DNA of 64,000 bases from a virus (IMGVR_UViG_3300038443_000660:66082-130081); one strand, 5' to 3'; shown: positions 16,958 through 26,219, counted from the first letter of the stretch. Program-made: numbers and translations. The notes: generated by a model not told the origin, from the letters alone.

Positions 16958-17494
16958 TTAACGGCGACCCTTGCCCTTATCGCCCTTATGCCCATTATTG
17001 GAATTATCCTTATCAACCTGTCCCGGAGGGCCGGAATGATGGTGATTTTTATCACCATAGCCGTTACCGGGCTTATCCCTATCGGGCGTGTTCGCATGAC
17101 CATGACCATGACCATGATTACCAGCGTGACCATGATTACCATGGTTTCCGTGATTGCCGTGGTTTCCATGATTACCATGATGGTCGTGATGACCGTGGCT
17201 GTGATGCCCATGATGGCCATGGTGGCCATGATGTCCGTGTCCATGTCCCGGATTTGTAGGCCCGTTTCCGTCATCACCGCCGCCAGAACCATCGTCACCA
17301 CCGGACGGGTCTGTTGGGCTAGTCGGACTGGCTACTGCATTACGAACGGCTGGATGGTCCCCAGAGCGAACGCAACGCATATCATGATACGGCTTGGCAA
17401 GACACTCGTAGCTGACATTCGGACCAGCGAACGCATATCCGGTAACGAACAGAGTTGCGACACAACTCATTACAAACACAAAAAACTTGTTCAT
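16958..17494 (-). CDS. secreted histidine-rich (HGH/GNH repeat) protein
   Basis: Signal peptide MNKFFVFVMSCVATLFVTGYAFA; then HGHGHHGHHGHHGHHSHGHHDHHGNHGNHGNHGNHGNHGH encoded by GC-rich 15-nt tandem DNA repeats. Confidence 0.6.
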   Translation of the reverse strand: MNKFFVFVMSCVATLFVTGYAFAGPNVSYECLAKPYHDMRCVRSGDHPAVRNAVASPTSPTDPSGGDDGSGGGDDGNGPTNPGHGHGHHGHHGHHGHHSHGHHDHHGNHGNHGNHGNHGNHGHAGNHGHGHGHANTPDRDKPGNGYGDKNHHHSGPPGQVDKDNSNNGHKGDKGKGRR

Positions 17495-17629
17495 ACTCAC
17501 TTCTCCATCATTTTCGTGTTTCAAAATGAAACACTAGTACATGACTCGTACCATTACGAGTCATTAGTTCACATATATACGAGAAATCTATAAATTACAA
17601 GTGTTCTCTTATAATATGGTAAATATTAT

Positions 17630-17941
17630 TTACCACAAATCATAGTTGGTTAAGTCGAATTTTTCACCGGATGAATGTTCGACAACATAGATAACCCCAA
17701 TTGAAGTAGGAGTCATCTGATAAGTAAACTCACCACCGATAGCGCCCAATTCCTCAATCGGAACTTCGACTTTCTTTTTCCAAGTTTGGAATTTTTTCAG
17801 AGTGGCTTTATCCACTTGAATCGTCAGACCGCAGAAGTCCATATCAACTTGATTGGCAATTTTCTTTTTTAATTTTTCCTTGCGGTCAGGGGAAAACAAC
17901 TCAACTAACTTGTTTAATTTTTTTGTCATAATTATCACCAA
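17630..17941 (-). CDS. hypothetical protein
   Basis: 103 aa ORF. Confidence 0.4.
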   Translation of the reverse strand: MVIIMTKKLNKLVELFSPDRKEKLKKKIANQVDMDFCGLTIQVDKATLKKFQTWKKKVEVPIEELGAIGGEFTYQMTPTSIGVIYVVEHSSGEKFDLTNYDLW

Positions 17942-17952
17942 TTCAATATTTT

Positions 17953-18027
17953 TGGAGCGGGCAACCGATACCGCCTCGGTCTTTCCAGTTTGGAAAACTG
18001 GCGCACATCTATCTATACCATACCCGC
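17953..18027 (-). tRNA. tRNA-Gly (UCC)-like with aberrant D arm and T-loop
   Basis: Acceptor GCGGGTA/TGCCCGC plus CCA, anticodon stem CCAGT/ACTGG with loop TTTCCAA; T-loop GGCGGTA is non-canonical and the D stem is poor. Confidence 0.4.
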
Positions 18028-18035
18028 TTATTTAA

Positions 18036-18236
18036 TCAATAATCCCAAATGACCAAATCGGCTTTGCCTCTAATAACCAGCCATAATGCTCTTAGCGTTC
18101 TTCGAACAGAGAATATTCTTTCTGGTCTGGCAAACCCAACCTTACCATCCTTTGTTTTATACATAGTCATATTAGACGGATATGTCAAATGATTAATATG
18201 GTAAATATTGGGGCTAGTAGGCATTTTACTGCGCAT
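18036..18236 (-). CDS. hypothetical protein
   Basis: 66 aa ORF. Confidence 0.3.
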   Translation of the reverse strand: MRSKMPTSPNIYHINHLTYPSNMTMYKTKDGKVGFARPERIFSVRRTLRALWLVIRGKADLVIWDY

Positions 18237-18237
18237 T

Positions 18238-18432
18238 TTACTGCTTTCCTACAAATTCTTTGGCTTCGGCCTCGGTATCACACACTTTGATAACCTGCCA
18301 CTTGAATTCAGGGTCATCGTCATCGAAATGTACCAACGTCATATTCCATACGTTGAATTTACCATCAAGACGACTGCCAATTTCAAACGGCAGACTATCG
18401 GTGAACCAATTAGAAGTTTCGATCTTGTTCAT
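18238..18432 (-). CDS. hypothetical protein
   Basis: 64 aa acidic ORF. Confidence 0.3.
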   Translation of the reverse strand: MNKIETSNWFTDSLPFEIGSRLDGKFNVWNMTLVHFDDDDPEFKWQVIKVCDTEAEAKEFVGKQ

Positions 18433-18460
18433 GTTTTATTTATGCCTTCTATTAAGAAAG

Positions 18461-19621
18461 TTACTGGAATTCCGTTAAATTTTTGCCCTTGCGGTTCAAA
18501 TAATCTTCGGAAACGAATTTGAGAATCACTCTGCCTAGTTCATCGTTTCGCTGTTCCCTAATTGGAGTAACAACTACACCCTCACGGATATTTTCACCAT
18601 TTCCAACTACAGTTTCACCATCAACATATTTTGATACTTCCTCTTGCGTATCTACAATGTCAAGAATAGGGACATGTTGAATATCAAGTTGTTTGAAGAA
18701 CTCGTATTTAAGATCGGCATCCATGTAACCGGTAATGTCCATGAAATCAAATGCTCTAAAGGTTGGTGTTTTTTGTGAATAGTGCAAATCTTGAACACCA
18801 ACACCAAATATTTCACCAAACAAGAAGTATGGACTAATTGACACGCCGATTTGTTTGATACTGTCAATAATACCAGTTTCTTTTAGAGTTTTAACATATA
18901 AATTCTTTGCATTGTTTTCATTATCTTTGAAAACTAGCCCAGATGCACCGAAACCCTTGGAAAATACAACAATCGAATTGCCCTTTCCATCAGAAATCAA
19001 ATCAGGATGTTCAAGATTTGGAATGAATCCAATTCCACAGAAAGTTCCATGCAACTTTTCAGTAATGTAGAACGGACCAATATCGTTTGTCAAAACATTT
19101 GGATATTTTTTGACGTTTTCGATGTCGTATTTTGGAATAGACACGTAAGAGCCGATGTATAAAATTTCACCGTCCATATATGCTGGAATTACTGGTTCAT
19201 ACTTGGTAATACCCAAGAACTCTGAAACGTCATCCCCGACTTGTAGGCAATGTGAAGAATCGCCTACAGAATTATAAAGGATGTTCCCGCCCATTTTCTT
19301 GATTACGGGTAGTAGAATACCTTCTGATAGGACGTTCCGAAGACGAATTGGTCTTACTCGATTACCATCGGGTCCACCAAGCATCCCCTTGTTATTTTTT
19401 TCATCCCAGAAGCCATCTTTCAAAATGTAATCTGGAACGATAGAATCAGCCTGTACATAGACAACCCAATCGCCGGGATTATATCTATGTGAACCATCTT
19501 CAAGCTTGCCAGAAACAATTTGATAACTGAAACCTTTAAGTTTGATAATCGATAACCTATCAGCATTCGGATGGTCGATTACATTCTCGACCACCATTAC
19601 TTTTGATTCAAAATTTGCCAT
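18461..19621 (-). CDS. RNA ligase (Rnl family) with N-terminal tRNA-binding OB domain
   Basis: N-term VIDHPNADRLSIIKLKGF...LRNVLSEGIL (CsaA/Trbp111-type tRNA-binding domain); ITEKLHGT (motif I Lys), REGVVVTP (IV), RVILKFVSEDY (V). Confidence 0.6.
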   Translation of the reverse strand: MANFESKVMVVENVIDHPNADRLSIIKLKGFSYQIVSGKLEDGSHRYNPGDWVVYVQADSIVPDYILKDGFWDEKNNKGMLGGPDGNRVRPIRLRNVLSEGILLPVIKKMGGNILYNSVGDSSHCLQVGDDVSEFLGITKYEPVIPAYMDGEILYIGSYVSIPKYDIENVKKYPNVLTNDIGPFYITEKLHGTFCGIGFIPNLEHPDLISDGKGNSIVVFSKGFGASGLVFKDNENNAKNLYVKTLKETGIIDSIKQIGVSISPYFLFGEIFGVGVQDLHYSQKTPTFRAFDFMDITGYMDADLKYEFFKQLDIQHVPILDIVDTQEEVSKYVDGETVVGNGENIREGVVVTPIREQRNDELGRVILKFVSEDYLNRKGKNLTEFQ

Positions 19622-19848
19622 AGTTTCTTTCGTTTTCTATTAATTTTTTTATTAAGCGTTTCAGAACCGAGAAATTCTTTTTTAGCAATCAAGCCATGTG
19701 CTTGACCTATCCAGTCAACTACATCTTCACGGCTTTTCGGATTACATTGTATAATAGGGTCAACACACAAATTTGTGTGTTTCAAAGCATCACGAACTTC
19801 TTTGGGAAAATTATCGTAATAAAGATTAAGATAGCGTATCTTGTTCAT
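19597..19848 (-). CDS. hypothetical protein
   Basis: 83 aa ORF. Confidence 0.35.
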   Translation of the reverse strand: MNKIRYLNLYYDNFPKEVRDALKHTNLCVDPIIQCNPKSREDVVDWIGQAHGLIAKKEFLGSETLNKKINRKRKKLWQILNQK

Positions 19849-19864
19849 GTAGTCAATTACATTT

Positions 19865-20413
19865 TTATTCGTCTTGAAAGAAATCTACAATATTTTTAAG
19901 AACATTCTTGTTCATGAGAATTTCGAAATGATTAGACTCAACTGGAATATAGTTGGCATCTTCGATACTCATTTGACTGGCTATAGAGACGACGCCATCG
20001 TTCCTTGAAAATAACCATGGATTATTACCGGAACATGTTACGTAAAGTTGATGCTGGACCGATATCGATTGTGTGTGTTTAATCAGTTTCTTTAATTCAT
20101 GACCAATTGTTTTTGGTGGCCAAAACGAGCCTATACCACCAATTGGTGCGGCCAAAGTTGCGATTTTGTTGACATTCAATCCAGTATTAGACAGAGCGAT
20201 TGCAAGAACACCACCTAGAGAATGTCCGACAATGTTTACAGGTTCTTGACTTTTGTTTAAAATTTCATTTCGAATCGTATCCAAAACCTTTAACAAACGT
20301 TCCGATGAATCATATTTTACAACGATTTCATTCTTCCATTTGTGAATTTCTCGAAAATAATTAAAAGTAGATGGGGCAGAGAATGCCCCATGTATGAATA
20401 CCGTTGGATGCAT
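19865..20413 (-). CDS. alpha/beta-hydrolase (lipase/esterase-like)
   Basis: Nucleophile elbow VGHSLGG; 182 aa. Confidence 0.55.
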   Translation of the reverse strand: MHPTVFIHGAFSAPSTFNYFREIHKWKNEIVVKYDSSERLLKVLDTIRNEILNKSQEPVNIVGHSLGGVLAIALSNTGLNVNKIATLAAPIGGIGSFWPPKTIGHELKKLIKHTQSISVQHQLYVTCSGNNPWLFSRNDGVVSIASQMSIEDANYIPVESNHFEILMNKNVLKNIVDFFQDE

Positions 20414-20414
20414 A

Positions 20415-21455
20415 CTAGTATTTAGGTGTCGGTATCATATCCTCGATGATAGTTTTGACTTGTTCGGTTCTTTCTTCAAAATCAGAAGATGAAATAATTT
20501 CAAACGGTTTCTGCCATGCCTCCAATTGAGCCATGATTGAATGATAAAAATTCCAGCGCTTGGATTCGTTATCGGAAATTCGAAAACCGTCTTGCACCCA
20601 TGGAACAGTAGGAGCCAACAAAATATATTTGTCAATTTGTTGGTTTTCGGCAAACTTATATAATTCAGAGTTGTCATCATTTGGAAGCCAGATATCAGCA
20701 TACAGTGCGGTAATGAGTGCTTCCGTATCGGTAACGACAATTGGACACAACTCGTTCGAACGGGCCGAATCAATCATCATTTTTTGAGTTTTTTGAATTA
20801 TACGGAAATCCGTATAATCCAATTCATTTTTGCGATTGACGGCAAGAAAGCGCCCATATTCAGGAACCGGCCATGCAGTCAGGTCGCTTCCAAGTTCTTT
20901 GACAAGAGTCGATTTACCGGTTGATTCTGGACCAACAACAGCTACGACTTTCGACAAATCATGTCGAACATAAGACGGAAGCATGCTGAAGTTCACTTCA
21001 AAATTGTTTCTGATATCAGTAGCAGAGATTGGAACAGTTTCCCTGTCAGGGTCTACCGGCACCCAAACACAATTCAATTCCTTGGCGATTCGTTCACCAT
21101 ACAAATCAGAAGTGAATACATGTGATGGATGAATTGAAATGAAATTGAGAATGCGTTTTGTATCATCTAACCATCTAATCCAGTATGATTCATCAGTAAT
21201 CGTACCGAATGCATCCTTCTGAACGCTCTTATCGAATTCTTCTTGTTCGACAATAACAACATCACCACGACGATTATAATCGAAATTTGACACACATTTC
21301 CGAATCCAGCGCTTTCGAGCATCAAATGAATATGGGTCATTGTCATCAACACCAACAAGGACAATGAGATAATCACAATTTACCATTGCTGTGTTGATAA
21401 GGAACTCATGTCCCTTGGTGAACGGAAGAAATTTACCTAGAGTAAGACCAATCAT
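20415..21455 (-). CDS. nadR: NadR-like bifunctional NMN adenylyltransferase / ribosylnicotinamide kinase
   Basis: N-term GKFLPFTKGHEFLI (nucleotidyltransferase H-x-G-H-type motif); C-terminal P-loop VGPESTGKST. Confidence 0.65.
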   Translation of the reverse strand: MIGLTLGKFLPFTKGHEFLINTAMVNCDYLIVLVGVDDNDPYSFDARKRWIRKCVSNFDYNRRGDVVIVEQEEFDKSVQKDAFGTITDESYWIRWLDDTKRILNFISIHPSHVFTSDLYGERIAKELNCVWVPVDPDRETVPISATDIRNNFEVNFSMLPSYVRHDLSKVVAVVGPESTGKSTLVKELGSDLTAWPVPEYGRFLAVNRKNELDYTDFRIIQKTQKMMIDSARSNELCPIVVTDTEALITALYADIWLPNDDNSELYKFAENQQIDKYILLAPTVPWVQDGFRISDNESKRWNFYHSIMAQLEAWQKPFEIISSSDFEERTEQVKTIIEDMIPTPKY

Positions 21456-21931
21456 AGTTTCTCTCGTTCTATCATATTCTTTATAGCTTTCAGAAGAAAA
21501 TCATCCACTGTAATGTTCTCTTTCAGTGCCGTTTCTTCTATAATGTTCATTGTACCTTCGTCAATATCAAAATTCATTACGACATCGGTATCAAATTTAC
21601 GATTAGTTAGGATCGCTTTCACCTTATCCAAGATATCAGTTTCATCATCCGTAATTGCCGCATCGGATACAATATTTTTATTTTTATTGTATTCATATCT
21701 CGCTTCCTTGATACCGGGTTGCAACCATCTATATTGGTGCTGGCGGCTTAATTTATCAGAAACAAAAACTTCATAGATTTCTAAAGTTTTTGGGTCAAAA
21801 TAAGCCCACGCAAAACCAGCTTTAGTTTCAGCATCGATAACTCTGGTATCCTTCGGATAGCAATCCAGTTCTGCTAGATTGCCTTCCACAACCATGTAAT
21901 CAACAGCCTTCATAAAATCGATGAATTTCAT
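21452..21931 (-). CDS. hypothetical protein
   Basis: 159 aa acidic ORF between nadR and pnuC. Confidence 0.4.
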   Translation of the reverse strand: MKFIDFMKAVDYMVVEGNLAELDCYPKDTRVIDAETKAGFAWAYFDPKTLEIYEVFVSDKLSRQHQYRWLQPGIKEARYEYNKNKNIVSDAAITDDETDILDKVKAILTNRKFDTDVVMNFDIDEGTMNIIEETALKENITVDDFLLKAIKNMIEREKL

Positions 21932-21944
21932 ACTCTAATTTCCT

Positions 21945-22652
21945 TTAAGATATGTTATGTGACCTGTAGAGTTTCCATGAATAGAACCACTGGTATAGCC
22001 CATAGAATGCATTACCAAGAAATAGCATATACTGGAACGCCAGAAGATACAATTCAGAAGTTGAAAATACATAGATTGAAATTACGTTAACAGCAATCCA
22101 CACAAGCCAGCATTCAAGTTTCTTGAAATTCATGAACCATTGGGCAATGACTGAAAACACCAGAATCGCACCATCAAACCCGGCAAGATTTCCACCATAA
22201 TATTCTGTTACTGTCTTTGCCCCATACCAAATAATAGGAACAAAAATGATTGCAGAAATTATTTGTGAAAAAGACAGATTTGATACATGAAGGTTATCAC
22301 GTTCACTCGGTCCATTACCACGCCACCAAACAAACCATCCAAGAATTTGAGCGGCGACGAAAAACACGGATTGTAGAAAAAAACTTGCCAGCAAGTTTTG
22401 TTGTAGACACAGTAGACCGATTAGCATTGATGCCGCAATACCGATTGGCCATTGCACAATACTTTGACGTGTAGCGAGATATACACAGGAAAAATTAAGA
22501 AGAACACAAGTGGCTTCGAATGATAAACTCGTATAATTTACATCATCACCAAACCAATTGAGATAATATCCAAGAAAATAGGAAATGCTAGTAAGACCAA
22601 GCCCTACTAGCATCCCTTCGATGAAATCACGATAATAAGAAGGTGTAAACAT
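21945..22652 (-). CDS. pnuC: PnuC-like nicotinamide riboside transporter
   Basis: 235 aa Trp-rich multi-TM protein of PnuC size, adjacent to NadR. Confidence 0.55.
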   Translation of the reverse strand: MFTPSYYRDFIEGMLVGLGLTSISYFLGYYLNWFGDDVNYTSLSFEATCVLLNFSCVYLATRQSIVQWPIGIAASMLIGLLCLQQNLLASFFLQSVFFVAAQILGWFVWWRGNGPSERDNLHVSNLSFSQIISAIIFVPIIWYGAKTVTEYYGGNLAGFDGAILVFSVIAQWFMNFKKLECWLVWIAVNVISIYVFSTSELYLLAFQYMLFLGNAFYGLYQWFYSWKLYRSHNIS

Positions 22653-22743
22653 TCTAAATCCTATTCAGAATCAATAAGTTCTTTCCAACGTTCAGTAGAA
22701 CACGTTATTTCTGTTGTCAATCTGTTTTTCACTATATGTGGTT

Positions 22744-23298
22744 TCATTCATTCTCTTCTTTTTCGTAATATGCAAATGAAGCGTTTAGTTCGTTCCAAGT
22801 TTGTTCATCGACCAGTTCAATCATTGCCAAGAACGTATGGTATTCATGAGAAGAAAACCATTGTCCATCTTTATGGTGCTTCCATTTATTATCTTTTGCC
22901 CATGCCACAGCACAGTCAGAAGGTTCGAAGCCCATTTCGTAATATTCTTGACATATAGAACAAAAATTAATCCAAACTTCTTTATCATTTTTGCAAAGAA
23001 CGTGAATCATGTTCCAAAGAACAACAGACCACTTAGTATCGACATTTTTACGCATATCGGTATGAAATGCCATACCAAAAGATACGTTTTTGCGATATTC
23101 CTTGTTGATGTTTTTGATCGCTTTAATAAAATCATTGCGGTATGATGTCATTAAATTATATTCAACAGCACCAAGACGTTGATACCGCAGCGCTTTGACG
23201 TGATTGCCAGTATCTAACGCTTCTATCATTTTTTCATGATAGTGTGCATGGTTGGCCATGGATACAGAATAATACTTATATGCTTCATATGCGCTCAT
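22744..23298 (-). CDS. hypothetical protein
   Basis: 184 aa ORF. Confidence 0.4.
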   Translation of the reverse strand: MSAYEAYKYYSVSMANHAHYHEKMIEALDTGNHVKALRYQRLGAVEYNLMTSYRNDFIKAIKNINKEYRKNVSFGMAFHTDMRKNVDTKWSVVLWNMIHVLCKNDKEVWINFCSICQEYYEMGFEPSDCAVAWAKDNKWKHHKDGQWFSSHEYHTFLAMIELVDEQTWNELNASFAYYEKEENE

Positions 23299-23346
23299 AA
23301 TATATCCTTTCGTATATAAATCGTTAATATATACGAACGTACATCA

Positions 23347-23799
23347 TTATGGATAAAGTTTCAAGAGGCTGGTCACTGAATTTACATCAAATGTATCTTT
23401 GTCACCAAACACATAAGCGCCCGTCAATAGAGGAACCAAATGTACGACAGAGCCATCAGATACAGGATAAGATGGGTCAAAAATAGAACCAAATATGATG
23501 GGTCGATTGTCTTCCCAATTCCACGCCAATTCATCGTTGTATCCTACCGTGCATTGATTGTGAATAGCTTCAATTGTTTTGATGGAAGTTTCCAAAACGA
23601 TTGTTGTACCAAATCCTCTTAAACTGGCCCATTCCAGCCATAACGTCTTTAGCGTAGCTTCCCTCTTGTTTTTGGAGGAAAACATTCGCTCAATAATGGT
23701 TTGAACGGCATTTGCGCCGTGGCAGGCTTGTGCTGCTAACTTTCCAGAATTCAGAGAATTAAGGTCATTTCGCATTAGCAAATAAAGACAAGGATTCAT
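23347..23799 (-). CDS. peptidyl-tRNA hydrolase, PTH2 family-like
   Basis: LMRNDLNSLNSGKLAAQACHGANAV matches the PTH2 N-terminal signature (R-x-D-L-x-M-x-x-G-K-x-A-A-Q-x-x-H-A). Confidence 0.55.
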   Translation of the reverse strand: MNPCLYLLMRNDLNSLNSGKLAAQACHGANAVQTIIERMFSSKNKREATLKTLWLEWASLRGFGTTIVLETSIKTIEAIHNQCTVGYNDELAWNWEDNRPIIFGSIFDPSYPVSDGSVVHLVPLLTGAYVFGDKDTFDVNSVTSLLKLYP

Positions 23800-23833
23800 A
23801 ATATACTCGTATTGTTTTGTTCAATCTTTTCCA

Positions 23834-25009
23834 TTAGATAAATCCTACTTTCTGTTTACCCTTATTGTAATTAGATTCCTCGGCGTACAGTGGGTTGGTG
23901 ATTTTAGCAAGAGAAATCGTATCAGTTTTCTTCATATCGATTGAAGAAATACCGAACTTTTTGGCCACTACATGTGCTTCGTCATAATCCAGTTCACGGA
24001 AATTAATAACATCAAAGCACCGTCCCGGTCTAACCAAGGCATGGTCCGTCTGATTGAAATCGCTATAATCAAGGTTGGCCGTGAATATAATCTTCTTGTT
24101 TGATTGTATCAGGCCATCAGAAATATTCAGCAACTTCGACATAATTTTATTGTTAGTCTGTTCACGAGATTGAATTAAAACGTCAGCGTCTTCCATCACA
24201 AGAATATTGGAATCGCCTTGAATAAAATCCATGTACATTTCGTCTGAATTCATTAGGAATTCATCATAGGTAATTGTTACTTCCAAATTATTGGTGGTAA
24301 TCAACTCACGCAAAAGCGATGACTTTCCCGTACCGGGCGGGCCGAGCATGATAAGAACATTAGCAGATGCTGAAATATACTTATCAAAAAAATCAGATAC
24401 CGAACCATATTTTTCGATAAGCCATGGATAAGCTTCGTCATAAAAAATCTTATTCGGCTTGATATCCATCGTCTTATAGGTAAATCGTCCACCAGATGTA
24501 TAGCACCACTTTACATTAGCAGACTTTGCCTTTTCGGGAATTGTCAAGAACAATGTATGTACAGCATCGGAAGCACCGCACACCATAATTTCCATATTTT
24601 CATCAGTTTGCTTGGAGAAAATATTCTTTTGATTTTTCTTTGGATATTCCTTGGACATGAGTTTGAGAATAAGAGTGTCGTTCTCAAAAACGTCAATGTA
24701 GAAATTCGGTCCACAATAAAAATGGTTGATTCTGGTGTGAATGGTTCTGTCAGCGAATGCGTTTTCCACCATACTAACAAGTTCTTTAACGGCTTCAAAA
24801 ATTGAAGTTGAATAGTCAAAGATAAATTGCGAGATTAGAAAATCATCTTGTACAGTTTTAGAAAATGTTAAGTAATGATACAGAAAATGTGCGTTATCAT
24901 CCTCAACAAGTGAATAATTAAAAGATATATTCGAGTCAGGCATAGAAAGCTTTCTGCTGTTAAGTTTTGCGGCTTTTGTTTTTAGATAATATGAAAGTGG
25001 TGGACCCAT
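23834..25009 (-). CDS. AAA+ ATPase with ~200-aa N-terminal domain
   Basis: Walker A GPPGTGKS, Walker B ILVMEDAD, ALVRPGRCFD (classic AAA sensor-2/Arg region). Confidence 0.7.
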   Translation of the reverse strand: MGPPLSYYLKTKAAKLNSRKLSMPDSNISFNYSLVEDDNAHFLYHYLTFSKTVQDDFLISQFIFDYSTSIFEAVKELVSMVENAFADRTIHTRINHFYCGPNFYIDVFENDTLILKLMSKEYPKKNQKNIFSKQTDENMEIMVCGASDAVHTLFLTIPEKAKSANVKWCYTSGGRFTYKTMDIKPNKIFYDEAYPWLIEKYGSVSDFFDKYISASANVLIMLGPPGTGKSSLLRELITTNNLEVTITYDEFLMNSDEMYMDFIQGDSNILVMEDADVLIQSREQTNNKIMSKLLNISDGLIQSNKKIIFTANLDYSDFNQTDHALVRPGRCFDVINFRELDYDEAHVVAKKFGISSIDMKKTDTISLAKITNPLYAEESNYNKGKQKVGFI

Positions 25010-25432
25010 TCAAATACTGATACTTTTCCAAGGTGTACTTGTTCCGCCCATTATTACAGATTCAAGATACTCGCCAATCTGTTGAGGCGTCATATCAGTG
25101 AGGTCGTTCAAATCAACTAAACACACTATAGGTTCTTGTTCTGTATTGATAATATCAAAACCATTGCCCGTTCTTCCAAAACTATCGAACATACCTAATT
25201 TTGATATTAGAGTATCGGGAGCGGTTCCGTCAAATGTTCCTTCAAAATAAATGCCGCCATTTGTTTTTACTTCTTTAGGGATTGCTAAAGCATTACACAT
25301 ATGACCAAAACAACAACATGAACCGTCAGGTCGTTCTAAAACACCACTTGCTTTTCGCAGATGCGGTTGCTTTAAATACGCAACAGCCTTTAATCTATTA
25401 GCATAAATTTCTTTATCAGATAGTGTAGACAT
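25010..25432 (-). CDS. hypothetical protein
   Basis: ORF-track start 25477 overlaps a tRNA; internal Met at 25432 is more plausible. Confidence 0.35.
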   Translation of the reverse strand: MSTLSDKEIYANRLKAVAYLKQPHLRKASGVLERPDGSCCCFGHMCNALAIPKEVKTNGGIYFEGTFDGTAPDTLISKLGMFDSFGRTGNGFDIINTEQEPIVCLVDLNDLTDMTPQQIGEYLESVIMGGTSTPWKSISI

Positions 25433-25466
25433 TGTTATATCTGTTTCTTTATGAAAGGGAAGATTT

Positions 25467-25541
25467 TGGTCCGGCATCGGAGAATCGAACTCCGCACTTT
25501 GGGGTGAAGGTCCAAGATTTTGACCACTAAACTAATGCCGG
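25467..25541 (-). tRNA. tRNA-Glu (UUC)-like, C at position 33
   Basis: Acceptor CCGGCAT/ATGCCGG plus CCA, T arm CGGAG-TTCGATT-CTCCG, anticodon loop CCTTCAC (E. coli Glu has CUUUCAC). Confidence 0.5.
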
Positions 25542-25543
25542 TC

Positions 25544-25636
25544 TGGTGTGGGAAATGGAAAGACTCGAACTTCTTGCCGCAAGGGAACTGGTTTACAGCC
25601 AGCCGACAGCACCCGCTATCCTTACTTGCATTTCCC
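25544..25636 (-). tRNA. tRNA-Tyr (GUA), class II
   Basis: Acceptor GGGAAAT(G)/(C)ATTTCCC, anticodon stem GCTGG/CCAGT with loop CTGTAAA, variable hairpin CTTG-CGG-CAAG, T-loop TTCGAGT; 3' tail CACCA. Confidence 0.55.
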
Positions 25637-25649
25637 ATATAATCTATAT

Positions 25650-25943
25650 TTAGTCTACCTTCATGCCTTTTGCAACCTTTTTGTAGGTGTTTTTTGCAGA
25701 TTTCGTTAATTCTTTTGTAGCATTATTAACTGTTTCTGCCAATTCTTTTTGCGAAGGAATATTTTCTACAATAGTTTCCTTCGCAGACATAGCAGTTTCT
25801 ACAGCAATGTCCTTTGCCGACGATACTTTATCAGAAACCTTTTCCAATGCAGGCTCAACAGCATCAATGCCTTCTGAAATAGTTTCGGCGGTCTTGCTAA
25901 CCAGATTTTTGGTCTTGTTCAGCACAGATTTGATAAATGACAT
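25650..25943 (-). CDS. Ala/Lys-rich amphipathic helical protein (phasin/LEA-like)
   Basis: 97 aa, low-complexity A/K/E/T repeats. Confidence 0.4.
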   Translation of the reverse strand: MSFIKSVLNKTKNLVSKTAETISEGIDAVEPALEKVSDKVSSAKDIAVETAMSAKETIVENIPSQKELAETVNNATKELTKSAKNTYKKVAKGMKVD

Positions 25944-25955
25944 GACACAATCCTT

Positions 25956-26219
25956 TTAGATGTTTCGACCAACATAAATTAAAAACTTGGCTGGTGCATA
26001 TACCGGCCATGCTATTCCTATTAATGCCGCATAATAGGCATTGGATTGAAAGCACAACCCACGTTCGATTCCCGGTTCGGCAGGACAACCTTGGGATATA
26101 TATTCCATTTTGGAAAAATGCCCAAAAATAACAAAGCCGAATATGATGTATGCAGCAAGAACAGAAAAGAATGTTATATTTTTCTTCCGCTGTGTGTGCT
26201 TCCAATCATCGTCTTTCAT
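25956..26219 (-). CDS. small membrane protein
   Basis: Internal Met start avoids an 88-nt overlap with the upstream ORF; hydrophobic helices. Confidence 0.3.
   Translation of the reverse strand: MKDDDWKHTQRKKNITFFSVLAAYIIFGFVIFGHFSKMEYISQGCPAEPGIERGLCFQSNAYYAALIGIAWPVYAPAKFLIYVGRNI

Noticed and set aside
16912-17593. Plus-strand ORFs 16912-17259 and 16988-17593
   Set aside because: They are alternative frames of the His-codon tandem repeat (poly-Met/Val/Thr low complexity) antisense to the His-rich gene.
25544-25550. Extra CA before the encoded CCA of tRNA-Tyr (tail CACCA)
   Set aside because: Most likely coincidental sequence after the discriminator rather than a real 3' extension; the acceptor could equally be drawn as 8 bp.
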